Made by a program: the position numbers and the translations under genes. The notes below the pieces were generated by a model. That model was not told where the DNA came from and did not search any database. It was given only the letters and a program-made list of their open reading frames with translations. From the NCBI GenBank assembly GCA_039810845.1, contig JBDHXS010000001.1, positions 1 through 36,596 of the forward strand: a DNA stretch of 36,596 nucleotides, written 5' to 3'. Of this stretch, positions 1 through 8,797 are shown piece by piece (positions within the stretch are counted from its first letter, which is position 1; every line of letters starts with the position of its first letter). This DNA comes from Runella sp. GTDB lineage: Bacteria; Bacteroidota; Bacteroidia; Cytophagales; Spirosomataceae.

Positions 1-2
1 GT

Positions 3-350
3 ACCAACACCCCTCTTCAAGCCCTCGTCATGCTCAACGACCCCACTACTTTGGAGTCGGCACGGGTATTGGCCGAAAAACTGACACAAGAAAAAACCTC
101 CATAGACGACAAAATCAACAAAGCTTTCCGCCTGATTGTGTGTCGTCAGGCCAAATCCAAAGAACTCAATATTGTGCGGAAGTACTTTGATGAAGAAAAA
201 AGTGTCTTGGCCAAAGACCCGCAAAAAGCCGCCAAACTTTTGAATGTCGGAGAATCTCCGCAAGCCCGTATTCCCGACCGACCGTCGGTAGCGGCCCTTA
301 TGCAAACAATCTTGATGGTGTACAATTTGGAAGAAGTACTAATGAAATAA
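3..350 (+). CDS. DUF1553 (PSD1-type) domain protein, C-terminal part; the gene starts upstream of the window
   Basis: Frame is open from position 3 and reads TNTPLQALVMLNDP, the typical DUF1553 motif; C-terminal '...VYNLEEVLMK'; lies 3 nt before a DUF1501 gene. Confidence 0.85.
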   Translation, partial: TNTPLQALVMLNDPTTLESARVLAEKLTQEKTSIDDKINKAFRLIVCRQAKSKELNIVRKYFDEEKSVLAKDPQKAAKLLNVGESPQARIPDRPSVAALMQTILMVYNLEEVLMK

Positions 351-353
351 GCT

Positions 354-1805
354 ATGAACGAGTTTTTAGAAAATCGCTTAAACATCAATCGTCGGCATTT
401 TTTGGGTAAAATGACCGCAGGAATAGGTAGTGTGGCGCTGGGTTCATTGCTTGTGCCTGATTTGTTCAAAGGCTCAGACAACGATTCCGATGCGTTGCCG
501 TTGGGGATTCCGCACTTTGCCCCCAAGGCAAAACGTGTGATTTACTTATTCCAAAATGGTGCTCCCTCGCAATACGAAAGTTTTGAATACAAACCTCTGC
601 TCAATAAAATGGCGGGAGAAGAACTCCCCGCTTCTATCCGAATGGGGCAACGCCTCACGGGTATGACGGCCAACCAAGCCAAGTTTCCGCTGGTAGGTTC
701 GCATTTTAAATTTGCCCAATATGGCCAGTCTGGTATGTGGTTTAGTGAGTTGTTTCCTAACATTGCCAACCTCGCCGACGACCTCTGCATGATTAAAACC
801 ATGAATACGGAGGCCATCAACCACGACCCCGCGCTTACTTTTATGCAAACAGGGGCGCAGCAGGGCAATCGCCCGAGTATGGGAGCATGGGCAAGCTACG
901 GACTGGGGAGCGAAAATAAAAACTTACCTGCCTTTTCGGTGCTTTTGTCACGGGGGAGAGGCAACGGACAGGGGGTCTATTCCAAACTTTGGTCAAACGG
1001 TTTCTTAGATTCGACGCACCAAGGGGTGGTTTTTAGCAGTGGTGAAGACCCCATTTTGTACCTAAACGACCCCGCAGGCACCGACCGCTCGGCACGGCGT
1101 AAGATGTTAGACAATCTTGCCGAACTCAACAACATGGCTTATGATGATTTTGGTGACCCCGAAATCAAAGCCAAAGTGCAACAGTACGAAATGGCGTACC
1201 GAATGCAAACCGCTGTGCCTGAACTGACTGATTTTAGCAAAGAACCCGACCACATCGTCAAGATGTACGGGCCAGATTGCTTGGTGCCAGGCACTTTTGC
1301 GGCCAACTGCCTATTGGCGCGTAAACTCTCGGAGGCGGGAGTTCGATTTGTACAACTGTATCACCAAGGCTGGGACCAACACGGCAACATGGTAGGAGAA
1401 ATGCCCCTCCAAGCCAAAGACACCGACCGTGCCTCGGCGGCATTGATTAAGGATTTAAAACAACGTGGATTGCTGGACGAAACCCTTGTGATTTGGGGAG
1501 GGGAATTTGGCCGAACTAATTACAGCCAAGGCACAGCCACCAGAGACAACTATGGCCGCGACCATCACCCACGTGCCTGTTGTACTTTTATGGCAGGCGG
1601 TGGGGTAAAGCCAGGTACTGTGTATGGTGAAACAGATGATTTTGGGTACAATATTGTTCGTGACCCTGTGCATATCAACGACTTTCATGCCACAGTGATG
1701 CACCTCATGGGTATCAATCACGAAAAGCTCACCTTCAAACACTTAGGCCGCCGCTATCGTTTGACGGATTTGGCAGGAAAAGGAATTTCGGGCTTGATGG
1801 CGTAA
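354..1805 (+). CDS. DUF1501 domain protein (alkaline phosphatase/sulfatase-like fold), Tat-type N-terminus
   Basis: NRRHFL twin-arginine motif; HFAPKAKRVIYLFQNGAPSQ, INHDPA, GWDQH, WGGEFGRT and GRDHH motifs. Confidence 0.9.
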   Translation: MNEFLENRLNINRRHFLGKMTAGIGSVALGSLLVPDLFKGSDNDSDALPLGIPHFAPKAKRVIYLFQNGAPSQYESFEYKPLLNKMAGEELPASIRMGQRLTGMTANQAKFPLVGSHFKFAQYGQSGMWFSELFPNIANLADDLCMIKTMNTEAINHDPALTFMQTGAQQGNRPSMGAWASYGLGSENKNLPAFSVLLSRGRGNGQGVYSKLWSNGFLDSTHQGVVFSSGEDPILYLNDPAGTDRSARRKMLDNLAELNNMAYDDFGDPEIKAKVQQYEMAYRMQTAVPELTDFSKEPDHIVKMYGPDCLVPGTFAANCLLARKLSEAGVRFVQLYHQGWDQHGNMVGEMPLQAKDTDRASAALIKDLKQRGLLDETLVIWGGEFGRTNYSQGTATRDNYGRDHHPRACCTFMAGGGVKPGTVYGETDDFGYNIVRDPVHINDFHATVMHLMGINHEKLTFKHLGRRYRLTDLAGKGISGLMA

Positions 1806-1809
1806 ATTC

Positions 1810-2055
1810 AGCAGTTGCTCACGTCCTGCGACTACTGGTAGATTTGAAAGTGAATAGTTTATGATTTAGGCTGGAAGTCTGCTAATAACAGTCACTCGGC
1901 AGAGCCGAGCGACTGCGGTGGTAATTAGTTATAGCAGTCGCTCGCGTCCCGCGACTACTGGTAGATTTGAAAGTGAATAGTTTATGATTTAGGCTGGAAG
2001 TCTGCTAATAACAGTCACTCGGCAGAGCCAAGCGACTGCGGTGGTAATTAGTTAT
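1810..2055. repeat. Tandem duplication of a 123-bp unit (1810-1932, 1933-2055); each unit is an inverted REP-like pair
   Basis: Units differ at 4 of 123 positions by eye. Each contains a deleted + strand REP, a 22-nt match to the transposase 3' end, and a full - strand REP (1868-1918, 1991-2041). Confidence 0.95.
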
Positions 2056-2056
2056 A

Positions 2057-2104
2057 GCAGTCGCTCGCGTCTCGCGAGTGACGACTATTGACAGGCCTCT
2101 GGCC
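2057..2104 (+). repeat. Intact left REP-like double-hairpin repeat
   Basis: GCAGTCGCTCGCG-TCT-CGCGAGTGAC followed by GGCC-TCT-GGCC; inverted relative to the copies downstream of the transposase. Confidence 0.9.
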
Positions 2105-2174
2105 AGAAGTATCATACTGATTATCTACGCTGTCATAGAATGTGAGCTATAATACACAAATTTAAGAAGTAAAA

Positions 2175-2696
2175 ATGTCAGAACTGCGTAAAGCAAATGT
2201 ACCTGAATCTACCTATTTTGTGACACTTACCGTGGTGGGTTGGATTGATATTTTTACGCGAAAAGAATATTCTGATGAAATCATCAAAAACCTAATATTC
2301 TGCCAACAGAAAAAAGACCTTGAAATATTCGAATATGTAATTATGCCAAGTCATATTCACTTGATTTGCCGTCGTAATAAAGGATTGTTAAATGAGCTAC
2401 TACGTGATTTCAAAAGTTACACTGCAAAGCAAATTATACAGCTTATTAGAGATCATCCCGAGGAAAGTCGTAAAGAATGGTTGATGTACATGTTTCAGTT
2501 TTATGCTCAAAATTCAGGAAATATGTTTTGGCAAAAGACGAATCACCCGATTGAATTATACTCAAACAAGGTTATTCAGCAGAAAGTAGATTATATTCAT
2601 CAAAACCCTGTGAAGGCGGGAATTGTGATAGAGCCTTGGTATTATTTGTTTAGTAGTGCCTGCGCTGAATCTCCTTTGAAAGTAAGTAGTTTATGA
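2175..2696 (+). CDS. REP-associated tyrosine transposase (RAYT/TnpA-REP, Y1 HUH family)
   Basis: YFVTLT N-terminal strand, YVIMPSHIH (HUH), RDFKS, FWQ, DYIHQNPVKAG (catalytic Tyr), YLFSSA; flanked by palindromic repeats. Confidence 0.92.
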   Translation: MSELRKANVPESTYFVTLTVVGWIDIFTRKEYSDEIIKNLIFCQQKKDLEIFEYVIMPSHIHLICRRNKGLLNELLRDFKSYTAKQIIQLIRDHPEESRKEWLMYMFQFYAQNSGNMFWQKTNHPIELYSNKVIQQKVDYIHQNPVKAGIVIEPWYYLFSSACAESPLKVSSL

Positions 2697-2699
2697 TTC

Positions 2700-2960
2700 A
2701 GGCTGGAAGCCTGCTAATAACAGTCACTCAGCAGAACCAAGCGATTGTGGTGAAGTAATTATTTGATTTAGGCTGGAAGCCCGTTAATAATCGTCACTCG
2801 GCAGAGTCAAGCGACTGCGGTGAAAGTAATTAGTTTATGTTTTAGGCTGGAAGCCTGTTAATAATCGTCACTCGGCAGAGCCAAGCGACTGCGGAGATTT
2901 TGGTAAAATGAATCAAAAATAACTGTTACTTGGCCACTCGCAAGATGCGAGCGACTGCGG
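2700..2960 (-). repeat. Right-hand REP-like array: three 51-bp copies (2700-2750, 2770-2820, 2844-2894) plus a partial copy (2933-2960)
   Basis: Consensus on + strand AGGCTGGAAGCCTGYTAATAAnnGTCACTCGGCAGAGCCRAGCGACTGCGG; periods of 70 and 74 bp. Confidence 0.95.
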
Positions 2961-3010
2961 TATTTTTTAGAAAATTTGACAATCTACATTCCTAACTCGA
3001 ACCTCCAACT

Positions 3011-5155
3011 ATGCCTCGTTTTCAAACCCTAACTTCTTATTTGCTACTGGTCTGCCATATTTTATTGGCGTTTTTGTTGGTATTTGAAGGCAATGTAGTC
3101 GTTCCTGCGTGGCTACAACCCGTCGGACGAATGCACCCTATGGTACTTCATTTACCGATTGGGATGATGTTTTTTGTGGGAGTTTTATGGATTTTCAGAA
3201 AAGAGTTTGAGGGAGTCAATTTTTCAAAACTTTTTGGTTTCATTTTGTCTTTTACCGCTCTGACAGCCGCCTTCGCGGCCTTAATGGGCTTTTTTTTGTC
3301 ACGAGAAGAAGGTTATACCGCCGATTTGTTGAGTTGGCACAAATACACGGGCGTTGGGTTGAGCTTTTTGGCGTACGTTTTGGTTTGGCTGTATCAAAAA
3401 CCCTCGTTACAAAAACCTATTTTCAGTGCCGTTTTAGCATTGAGCGTTATACTTCTAAGCATTACGGGGCATTTTGGGGCAAGCCTTACCCACGGCGAAG
3501 ATTATTTATTTCCTACTCAAATAGATGATGCCCCACTCGCCATTACCGACGATACGCCTGTGTTTGAGGCAGTAATAAAGCCGATTTTGAAAGCCAAGTG
3601 TTTTCAGTGTCACAATGAGCAAAAAACAAAGGGAGAATTGCTGATGACTTCGCTTGCGGGCTTACTCAAAGGTGGTAAAAATGGCCCAATTTGGGTGGCA
3701 GGAGATGCCCTCAATAGCCATATCATCCAGCGTGCCAATTTACCTTTGGACGACAAAAAGCACATGCCTCCCAAAGGCAAGCCGCAATTGACCCCGCAAG
3801 AAATCGGTGTCTTGACTGCTTGGATAAATACAGGGGCTGATGTGAAAAAAAGTATGAAAGCCCTACCTCCAAACGACCCGTTGAGGGTATTTTTGAAGCA
3901 GCGTCAAACTACATCTGAGCCAATGGTCCTTTACACTTTTGAGCCTGTTTCGGACCAAACCTTGCAAAAACTCAATAATCCTTTTCGGTCTATTGTTCCT
4001 ATTGCCAACGGCTCTCCTGCCCTGCAAGCCAATTTTTTTGTGCGCCAAGCGTATAAGCCTGAGCAGTTGGGCGATTTGTTGGAGATTAAAACCCAATTGA
4101 TTGATTTGAACCTATCCAACATGCCTATCAAAGACGATGACTTGGGGGTGATTGGACAATTGGAAAGCTTGGAAAAACTCAACCTCAACAATACCGATGT
4201 CACAGGGGCAACGCTATCAAAGCTGAGCCTTTTGAAAAAATTAAAATCTTTGTCATTGTCGGGAACAAAAGTTACCAAAGCATCGCTCAAAGATTTAGGC
4301 AAACTGCCGCTGTTACGCGAGGTTTTTATTTGGAATACACCTATTTCAGAGAAAGATTTGGCTGATTTGAAAAAGCAAAACCCAACTCTTCAATTTGAGC
4401 AAGGCTATTTTTCTAACGAATCCGAACGCATCAAACTCAATCCACCCGTGTTGGTCAATGAAAACTTTGTCCTGACCGACCAAACGCCCGTCACTTTCAA
4501 GCACCCCCTCAAAGGCATCACCATACGCTATACGCTCGATGGCTCCATGCCTGATTCTATTGCTTCGCCCATTTATCAAAAGCCTATTTCGCTTTCGAGT
4601 TATACCGTAGTAAAAGCCCGAGCGATGAAAGAAGGCTGGTATGCCAGCGATGTAGTCGAATACACCTTTTTTAAAGGCACTTACCGCCCCAATGTGGTCG
4701 AGTTAATAAACGAACCCAACCCTCAATATACGGGAGAAGGCAGCTCAACACTTATCAATCTCAAAAAGGGCGAAGCTACTGATTTCAAAAATAAAGCGTG
4801 GCTCGGCTATCGCGAAAAACCATTTGAAGCGCTGTGTACCTTTGCTCAGCCCACCCCCATCAAATCAGTGACTATCAGTACAGGAAAGAATATCGGCGGT
4901 TATATTTTGCCTCCTCTTTCAGTCGAAATTTGGGGAGGAAACGATAAAGCTCATCTGAAACTACTGCAAAAAATCGCTCCTGAACAGCCTCAAAAAGACC
5001 AGTCAGCGCGTATTGAGGCCATTCAAAGCAAGTTGCCAGAAGGAAAGTATGCAGTCATAAAGGTAATTGCCCGCCCAGTACCCAAACTCCCCAGTTGGCA
5101 CCCAGGCAAAGGCCAACCTGCGTGGGTGTTTGTAGATGAACTATTTTTTAATTGA
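3011..5155 (+). CDS. Membrane protein: DUF2231-like TM region + planctomycete-type cytochrome c + leucine-rich repeats + Fn3-associated/chitobiase C-terminal-like domain
   Basis: GRMHPMVLHLPIG and TGHFGASLTHG in the TM region; CFQCH heme motif and MPP axial Met; LxxLxLxxTxV repeats; IRYTLDGSMP; terminal WVFVDE. Confidence 0.85.
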   Translation: MPRFQTLTSYLLLVCHILLAFLLVFEGNVVVPAWLQPVGRMHPMVLHLPIGMMFFVGVLWIFRKEFEGVNFSKLFGFILSFTALTAAFAALMGFFLSREEGYTADLLSWHKYTGVGLSFLAYVLVWLYQKPSLQKPIFSAVLALSVILLSITGHFGASLTHGEDYLFPTQIDDAPLAITDDTPVFEAVIKPILKAKCFQCHNEQKTKGELLMTSLAGLLKGGKNGPIWVAGDALNSHIIQRANLPLDDKKHMPPKGKPQLTPQEIGVLTAWINTGADVKKSMKALPPNDPLRVFLKQRQTTSEPMVLYTFEPVSDQTLQKLNNPFRSIVPIANGSPALQANFFVRQAYKPEQLGDLLEIKTQLIDLNLSNMPIKDDDLGVIGQLESLEKLNLNNTDVTGATLSKLSLLKKLKSLSLSGTKVTKASLKDLGKLPLLREVFIWNTPISEKDLADLKKQNPTLQFEQGYFSNESERIKLNPPVLVNENFVLTDQTPVTFKHPLKGITIRYTLDGSMPDSIASPIYQKPISLSSYTVVKARAMKEGWYASDVVEYTFFKGTYRPNVVELINEPNPQYTGEGSSTLINLKKGEATDFKNKAWLGYREKPFEALCTFAQPTPIKSVTISTGKNIGGYILPPLSVEIWGGNDKAHLKLLQKIAPEQPQKDQSARIEAIQSKLPEGKYAVIKVIARPVPKLPSWHPGKGQPAWVFVDELFFN

Positions 5156-5199
5156 AAAACGTTGGTTTAGCGTAGTTTAACCTTTAACCAACTATTTCA

Positions 5200-5745
5200 A
5201 TGAAAAAGATTCTAAAATGGGTAGGTATTGTAGTTGGCGTTTTAGCCGTCGTTTTATTCATTGCCTTTAAATTCTTGCAGGCCAACACCAAAAAAGCCAG
5301 CCCCGAAGTTACTGTTGAATACAAGAGAAATGGAACCGAAATCTCAGTATTTTATTGTCGCCCTTCCAAAAAAGGAAGAACTATTTTTGGGGACTTAGTA
5401 CCTTATGGAGAAGTATGGCGTACAGGGGCAAACGAAGCCACTACTTTTACTACCAACAAAGACCTCATAATCAGCGGAAAAACGCTACCAGCAGGTAAAT
5501 ATACTTTGTGGACTATTCCTCAGAAAGACAAGTGGTCAGTGATTTTCAACAGCAAAATGTATGATTGGGGAGTGAGCTTTGGAGGAGTAGCCAGCCGAGA
5601 AGCTGCTGCCGATGTACTACAAGTAGAAGTTCCAGTAGAAGCTTTGGGAGCGGTGCAAGAGCAATTTCAGATTTCATTTGACGCAGCTACACCTGCAATG
5701 GTGTTGGCTTGGGATAAAACGAAAGTAACTGTGCCGTTCGAGTAA
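5200..5745 (+). CDS. DUF2911 domain protein
   Basis: ASP...YCRPSKKGRTIFGDLVPYGEVWRTGANEAT and LPAGKYTLWTIP motifs; N-terminal anchor. Confidence 0.9.
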   Translation: MKKILKWVGIVVGVLAVVLFIAFKFLQANTKKASPEVTVEYKRNGTEISVFYCRPSKKGRTIFGDLVPYGEVWRTGANEATTFTTNKDLIISGKTLPAGKYTLWTIPQKDKWSVIFNSKMYDWGVSFGGVASREAAADVLQVEVPVEALGAVQEQFQISFDAATPAMVLAWDKTKVTVPFE

Positions 5746-5747
5746 TT

Positions 5748-6170
5748 CTAATTAAGTAGTTTTATCTTGAGTAAAGAGCTACCGTTTTCTTTAACTTCAA
5801 ACACACAGTCCTCAAAACTTGGGCCTGTAAATATTGGACGATAGTTATTACTAAAACCAAAAGGTTCTTTGGGATAACCCACAAAGTTTTTGTCTAATTT
5901 CCAATTATCATTCATGTCGTGATAAAGTGCCAGAGCATAGCGACCTGGAGGCAAATTCATCACAGTACGTTCTATCCCTTTGCCTGTTACGGTTACCATT
6001 TGCCCAAAATCAGGTTTAGTGTAAGTACTACCAAAGGTATTCCCGGCTCTAAAAACACCAAGTCGGAGTGTACCTTTAGGGTACTTGATATTCGTTATTT
6101 CTATCGTGATTGAAGTTTCTGATGAAGCAAAAAAAAGAGAGAAGAACACAAAACAAAACAAACATTTCAT
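5748..6170 (-). CDS. DUF2141 domain protein
   Basis: LPPGRYALALYHDMNDNWKLDKNFVGYPKEPFGFSNN motif; signal peptide. Confidence 0.88.
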   Translation of the reverse strand: MKCLFCFVFFSLFFASSETSITIEITNIKYPKGTLRLGVFRAGNTFGSTYTKPDFGQMVTVTGKGIERTVMNLPPGRYALALYHDMNDNWKLDKNFVGYPKEPFGFSNNYRPIFTGPSFEDCVFEVKENGSSLLKIKLLN

Positions 6171-6371
6171 AGTGGCTATATATTGGCTTTTAATTAATTA
6201 GTCTATTAGTATTTTTATTAGACAACTCAAATGAATCTAACCCTTATTTAAACTTTTAGATAAGGAGATTTATTACTTTCATCCAAGTTTTTATAACTTA
6301 AATGTAAGACAGATGGTTTGCAATTAGTGAGTAAATGCCTATAATTGCGCAATTTAAACTTAACCTTTGTG

Positions 6372-7721
6372 ATGAAAGAAAAACCTAATTTATCATTTTG
6401 GCAAATCTGGAACATGAGTTTCGGATTTTTAGGGATTCAATATGGCTTCGGATTGCAGCAAGCAAATATGAGTCCAATTTTTCGCTATCTCAATGCTGAT
6501 GAGTCCTCTATTCCTGCGCTGTGGCTTGCTGGTCCCGTAACAGGCTTATTAGTACAGCCAATCATTGGTGCCATGAGCGACCGTACTTGGTCACCACGCT
6601 GGGGGCGTCGCAAGCCTTTTTTTTTAATTGGGGCTATCATTGGAAGCATTGCTTTGGTACTCATGCCCAACTCAACCAGTCTTTGGATGGCTGCCAGCTT
6701 AATGTGGATTTTAGATGCAGGACTTAACGTCTCAATGGAGCCTTTCCGGGCTTTTATTGGCGACAAGCTCAACGTCAAACAACGTACACTGGGTTTTGCA
6801 GTTCAAAGTTTTTTTGTGGGTTTTGGGCAAACTCTTGCAAATCTTATGCCCCGTATTTTACCAATTTTTGGTCTTACCATGGTTGCTACGGGCACTTCCA
6901 ATACCATTCCAGACATTACAAGGTATTCCTTTTATATCGGTGCAGCCGCTATTGTTTTAGCCGTTTTATATACTATTTACACTACCGAAGAATACCCGCC
7001 TGCCGACATGGCTGAGTTTGAACGGCAGAAAAAAGAAGGTGGTGGAGTACTAAAAGCATTTACTGAGGTATTTCATGCGTTGAAAGAAATGCCTACGACA
7101 ATGAAACAATTATGGTGGGTAAAATTTTTCACTTGGTATGGGCTACCGCTTATGTGGCAATACTTATCTTTGGCAATTTCGCGACATGCTTTTAACGCAC
7201 CTAATGCCCAATCACCTGGGTTTGAAAAAGGAATTGAAGTAGGTAATGATTGCTTTGCTTTGTTCAACATTGGTTGCTTTGGTATCTCATTTTTCTTACC
7301 TGCTATTGCCAATCGAGTAGGGCGTCGAGCCACTCATGCAATTTTCTTGACATTGGGAGGCTTAGGCTTTATGTTTATGCTTACAGGCGAAAGTAAAGAT
7401 GTATTTTTAATCGGAATGACCTTAGTTGGACTGGCGTGGGGTTCTATTTTATCTATGCCTTATGTAATGCTTTCTACTTCCGTAAAACCTGAACGAATGG
7501 GTGTTTATATGGGTATTTTTAATGGATTCATTGTTGTTCCCCAAATTATCAACATGATTACGGTTCCGTTCTTATATGAAAGCCTGCTTGGTAGTGATCC
7601 ACGGAATGCACTTATTTTGTGTGGGGTATGTCTTTTCTTGGCCGCTGGAGCGTGCTTTTTAGTCAAAGAAACTGGCGCAAAAGGAGAAGCAGAATTTGTA
7701 GGCGGCAGTGGCGGTCATTAA
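6372..7721 (+). CDS. MFS sugar transporter (maltose/sucrose-type, SLC45/MalA-like)
   Basis: [44 protein letters not shown]; about 12 TM segments; ATG 6372 preferred over TTG 6345. Confidence 0.88.
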   Translation: MKEKPNLSFWQIWNMSFGFLGIQYGFGLQQANMSPIFRYLNADESSIPALWLAGPVTGLLVQPIIGAMSDRTWSPRWGRRKPFFLIGAIIGSIALVLMPNSTSLWMAASLMWILDAGLNVSMEPFRAFIGDKLNVKQRTLGFAVQSFFVGFGQTLANLMPRILPIFGLTMVATGTSNTIPDITRYSFYIGAAAIVLAVLYTIYTTEEYPPADMAEFERQKKEGGGVLKAFTEVFHALKEMPTTMKQLWWVKFFTWYGLPLMWQYLSLAISRHAFNAPNAQSPGFEKGIEVGNDCFALFNIGCFGISFFLPAIANRVGRRATHAIFLTLGGLGFMFMLTGESKDVFLIGMTLVGLAWGSILSMPYVMLSTSVKPERMGVYMGIFNGFIVVPQIINMITVPFLYESLLGSDPRNALILCGVCLFLAAGACFLVKETGAKGEAEFVGGSGGH

Positions 7722-7732
7722 TAGTTTACAAT

Positions 7733-7780
7733 AGGCAGTATGCAGTACGCAAATGATATTTTGTGTACTGCATACCGCCT
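7733..7780. terminator. 21-bp stem hairpin between convergent genes
   Basis: AGGCAGTATGCAGTACGCAAA-tgatat-TTTGTGTACTGCATACCGCCT with 2 non-Watson-Crick positions; no strong U-tract. Confidence 0.65.
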
Positions 7781-7788
7781 CCTACTTT

Positions 7789-8463
7789 CTACTTCTTTCC
7801 GAAGTTATAGCCTAAGGTCACAAAGAAAATCTTCGATTCTGTACCTGAGTAGGGTTTTACACCTCCCTCAGAAAAATTCGGATTCAGGAAATCGTTGAGA
7901 TAATATTGTACCTTTAAACCAAAGCCACTTCTGGTCTGAAAGCCAGCAAAAAGAGCAGGCATAAAGGGATTTGAACGATTGCTAAACCACTCGTTAAATT
8001 TATCAACTTTCTCACCGTTGATAAATGTTTTTTGTTTGAAATTGATAGCAAAAGCAGCCTCTGCTCCTCCATACATATAGAATTTTCTCAAATCTCCGAT
8101 TTTAATCCCCACAGGAACTCCCACAGCATATACTCGTTGTTTGAGTTTAAACACATCTGTATCTACTACTCCCACAATTTTTTCCTCCGTAATCATCCCA
8201 ATGTTGGTCAGGTTCAATCCAGCAAACAAGCCTAAATTTTTACCTAAATCAACATTAGCATTAGATCCGATATTAAAAAACATCGTAAAACGTGGAATGG
8301 TCGAGATTTCTTCCCCATTACGAGTTACTTGGGCAAAAGAAAGCAAACTTGCATTCCCTCCTTTGGTATAATACACTTTAGAATCTTTAGTAGGCTGATC
8401 GCTATCTTGAGCAAAAATGTTCAAAGAAGCTAAAATGGCGAAAGCAAAAATAACCTTTTTCAT
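7789..8463 (-). CDS. Putative outer-membrane beta-barrel protein
   Basis: Signal peptide MKKVIFAFAILASLNIFA/Q from ATG 8463; amphipathic strands; C-terminal VTLGYNF. Confidence 0.7.
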   Translation of the reverse strand: MKKVIFAFAILASLNIFAQDSDQPTKDSKVYYTKGGNASLLSFAQVTRNGEEISTIPRFTMFFNIGSNANVDLGKNLGLFAGLNLTNIGMITEEKIVGVVDTDVFKLKQRVYAVGVPVGIKIGDLRKFYMYGGAEAAFAINFKQKTFINGEKVDKFNEWFSNRSNPFMPALFAGFQTRSGFGLKVQYYLNDFLNPNFSEGGVKPYSGTESKIFFVTLGYNFGKK

Positions 8464-8745
8464 GGCTGTAACACTGATTTTGTTTAGTTTAAGATTGATT
8501 TTCATATGCAAGATGCCTTCTCAACAATGAACGGTTGCATAGGATAGGATGAATGGCATTAAGAAAGGACAAACGCTAAAAATAGCAAGTTGAGTGGGCT
8601 TTGCCGCTCACCCAGCCTTCTTTAGTAAGAAGCCCGAAATTACATTTTCATCTAAACCTGAAAATTGAAGGCATAAATCTAAATGATTTTTTTCGGGCAA
8701 AAATCCCATTTGAGCTGATTAAAATCTGACAGAAACTTTTTTTGA

Positions 8746-8777
8746 TTTGCGATTTTTAATAAATAGTCCTAACTTTG
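8746..8777 (+). promoter_or_regulatory. Bacteroidota housekeeping promoter for the yceD-rpmF cluster
   Basis: TTTG (8746-8749), 20 nt, TAACTTTG (8770-8777) matches the -33/-7 consensus TTTG-N19-21-TAnnTTTG. Confidence 0.8.
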
Positions 8778-8797
8778 CAGCCCATTTTGATAGAGAA

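Larger units (their letters stand above)
1810..2960. mobile_element. REPtron: RAYT gene plus nine flanking REP-like repeats
   Basis: Three + orientation copies (1811, 1934, 2057) and six - orientation copies (1868, 1991, 2700, 2770, 2844, partial 2933-2960) around the HUH transposase. Confidence 0.85.

Noticed and set aside
2088-2115. TTGACA-N16-TATCAT E. coli-type promoter overlapping the left repeat
   Set aside because: The host appears to use TTTG/TAnnTTTG promoters, and the other repeat copies do not keep TTGACA; chance cannot be excluded
1810-2960. CRISPR array or guide-RNA array interpretation of the repeats
   Set aside because: The intervening sequences are copies of each other rather than unique spacers, the repeats occur in both orientations, and no cas-, TnpB- or IscB-like gene is in the window
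8747-8797. Extended yceD N-terminus from the ORF track
   Set aside because: It overlaps a consensus -33/-7 promoter; GTG 8798 fits better
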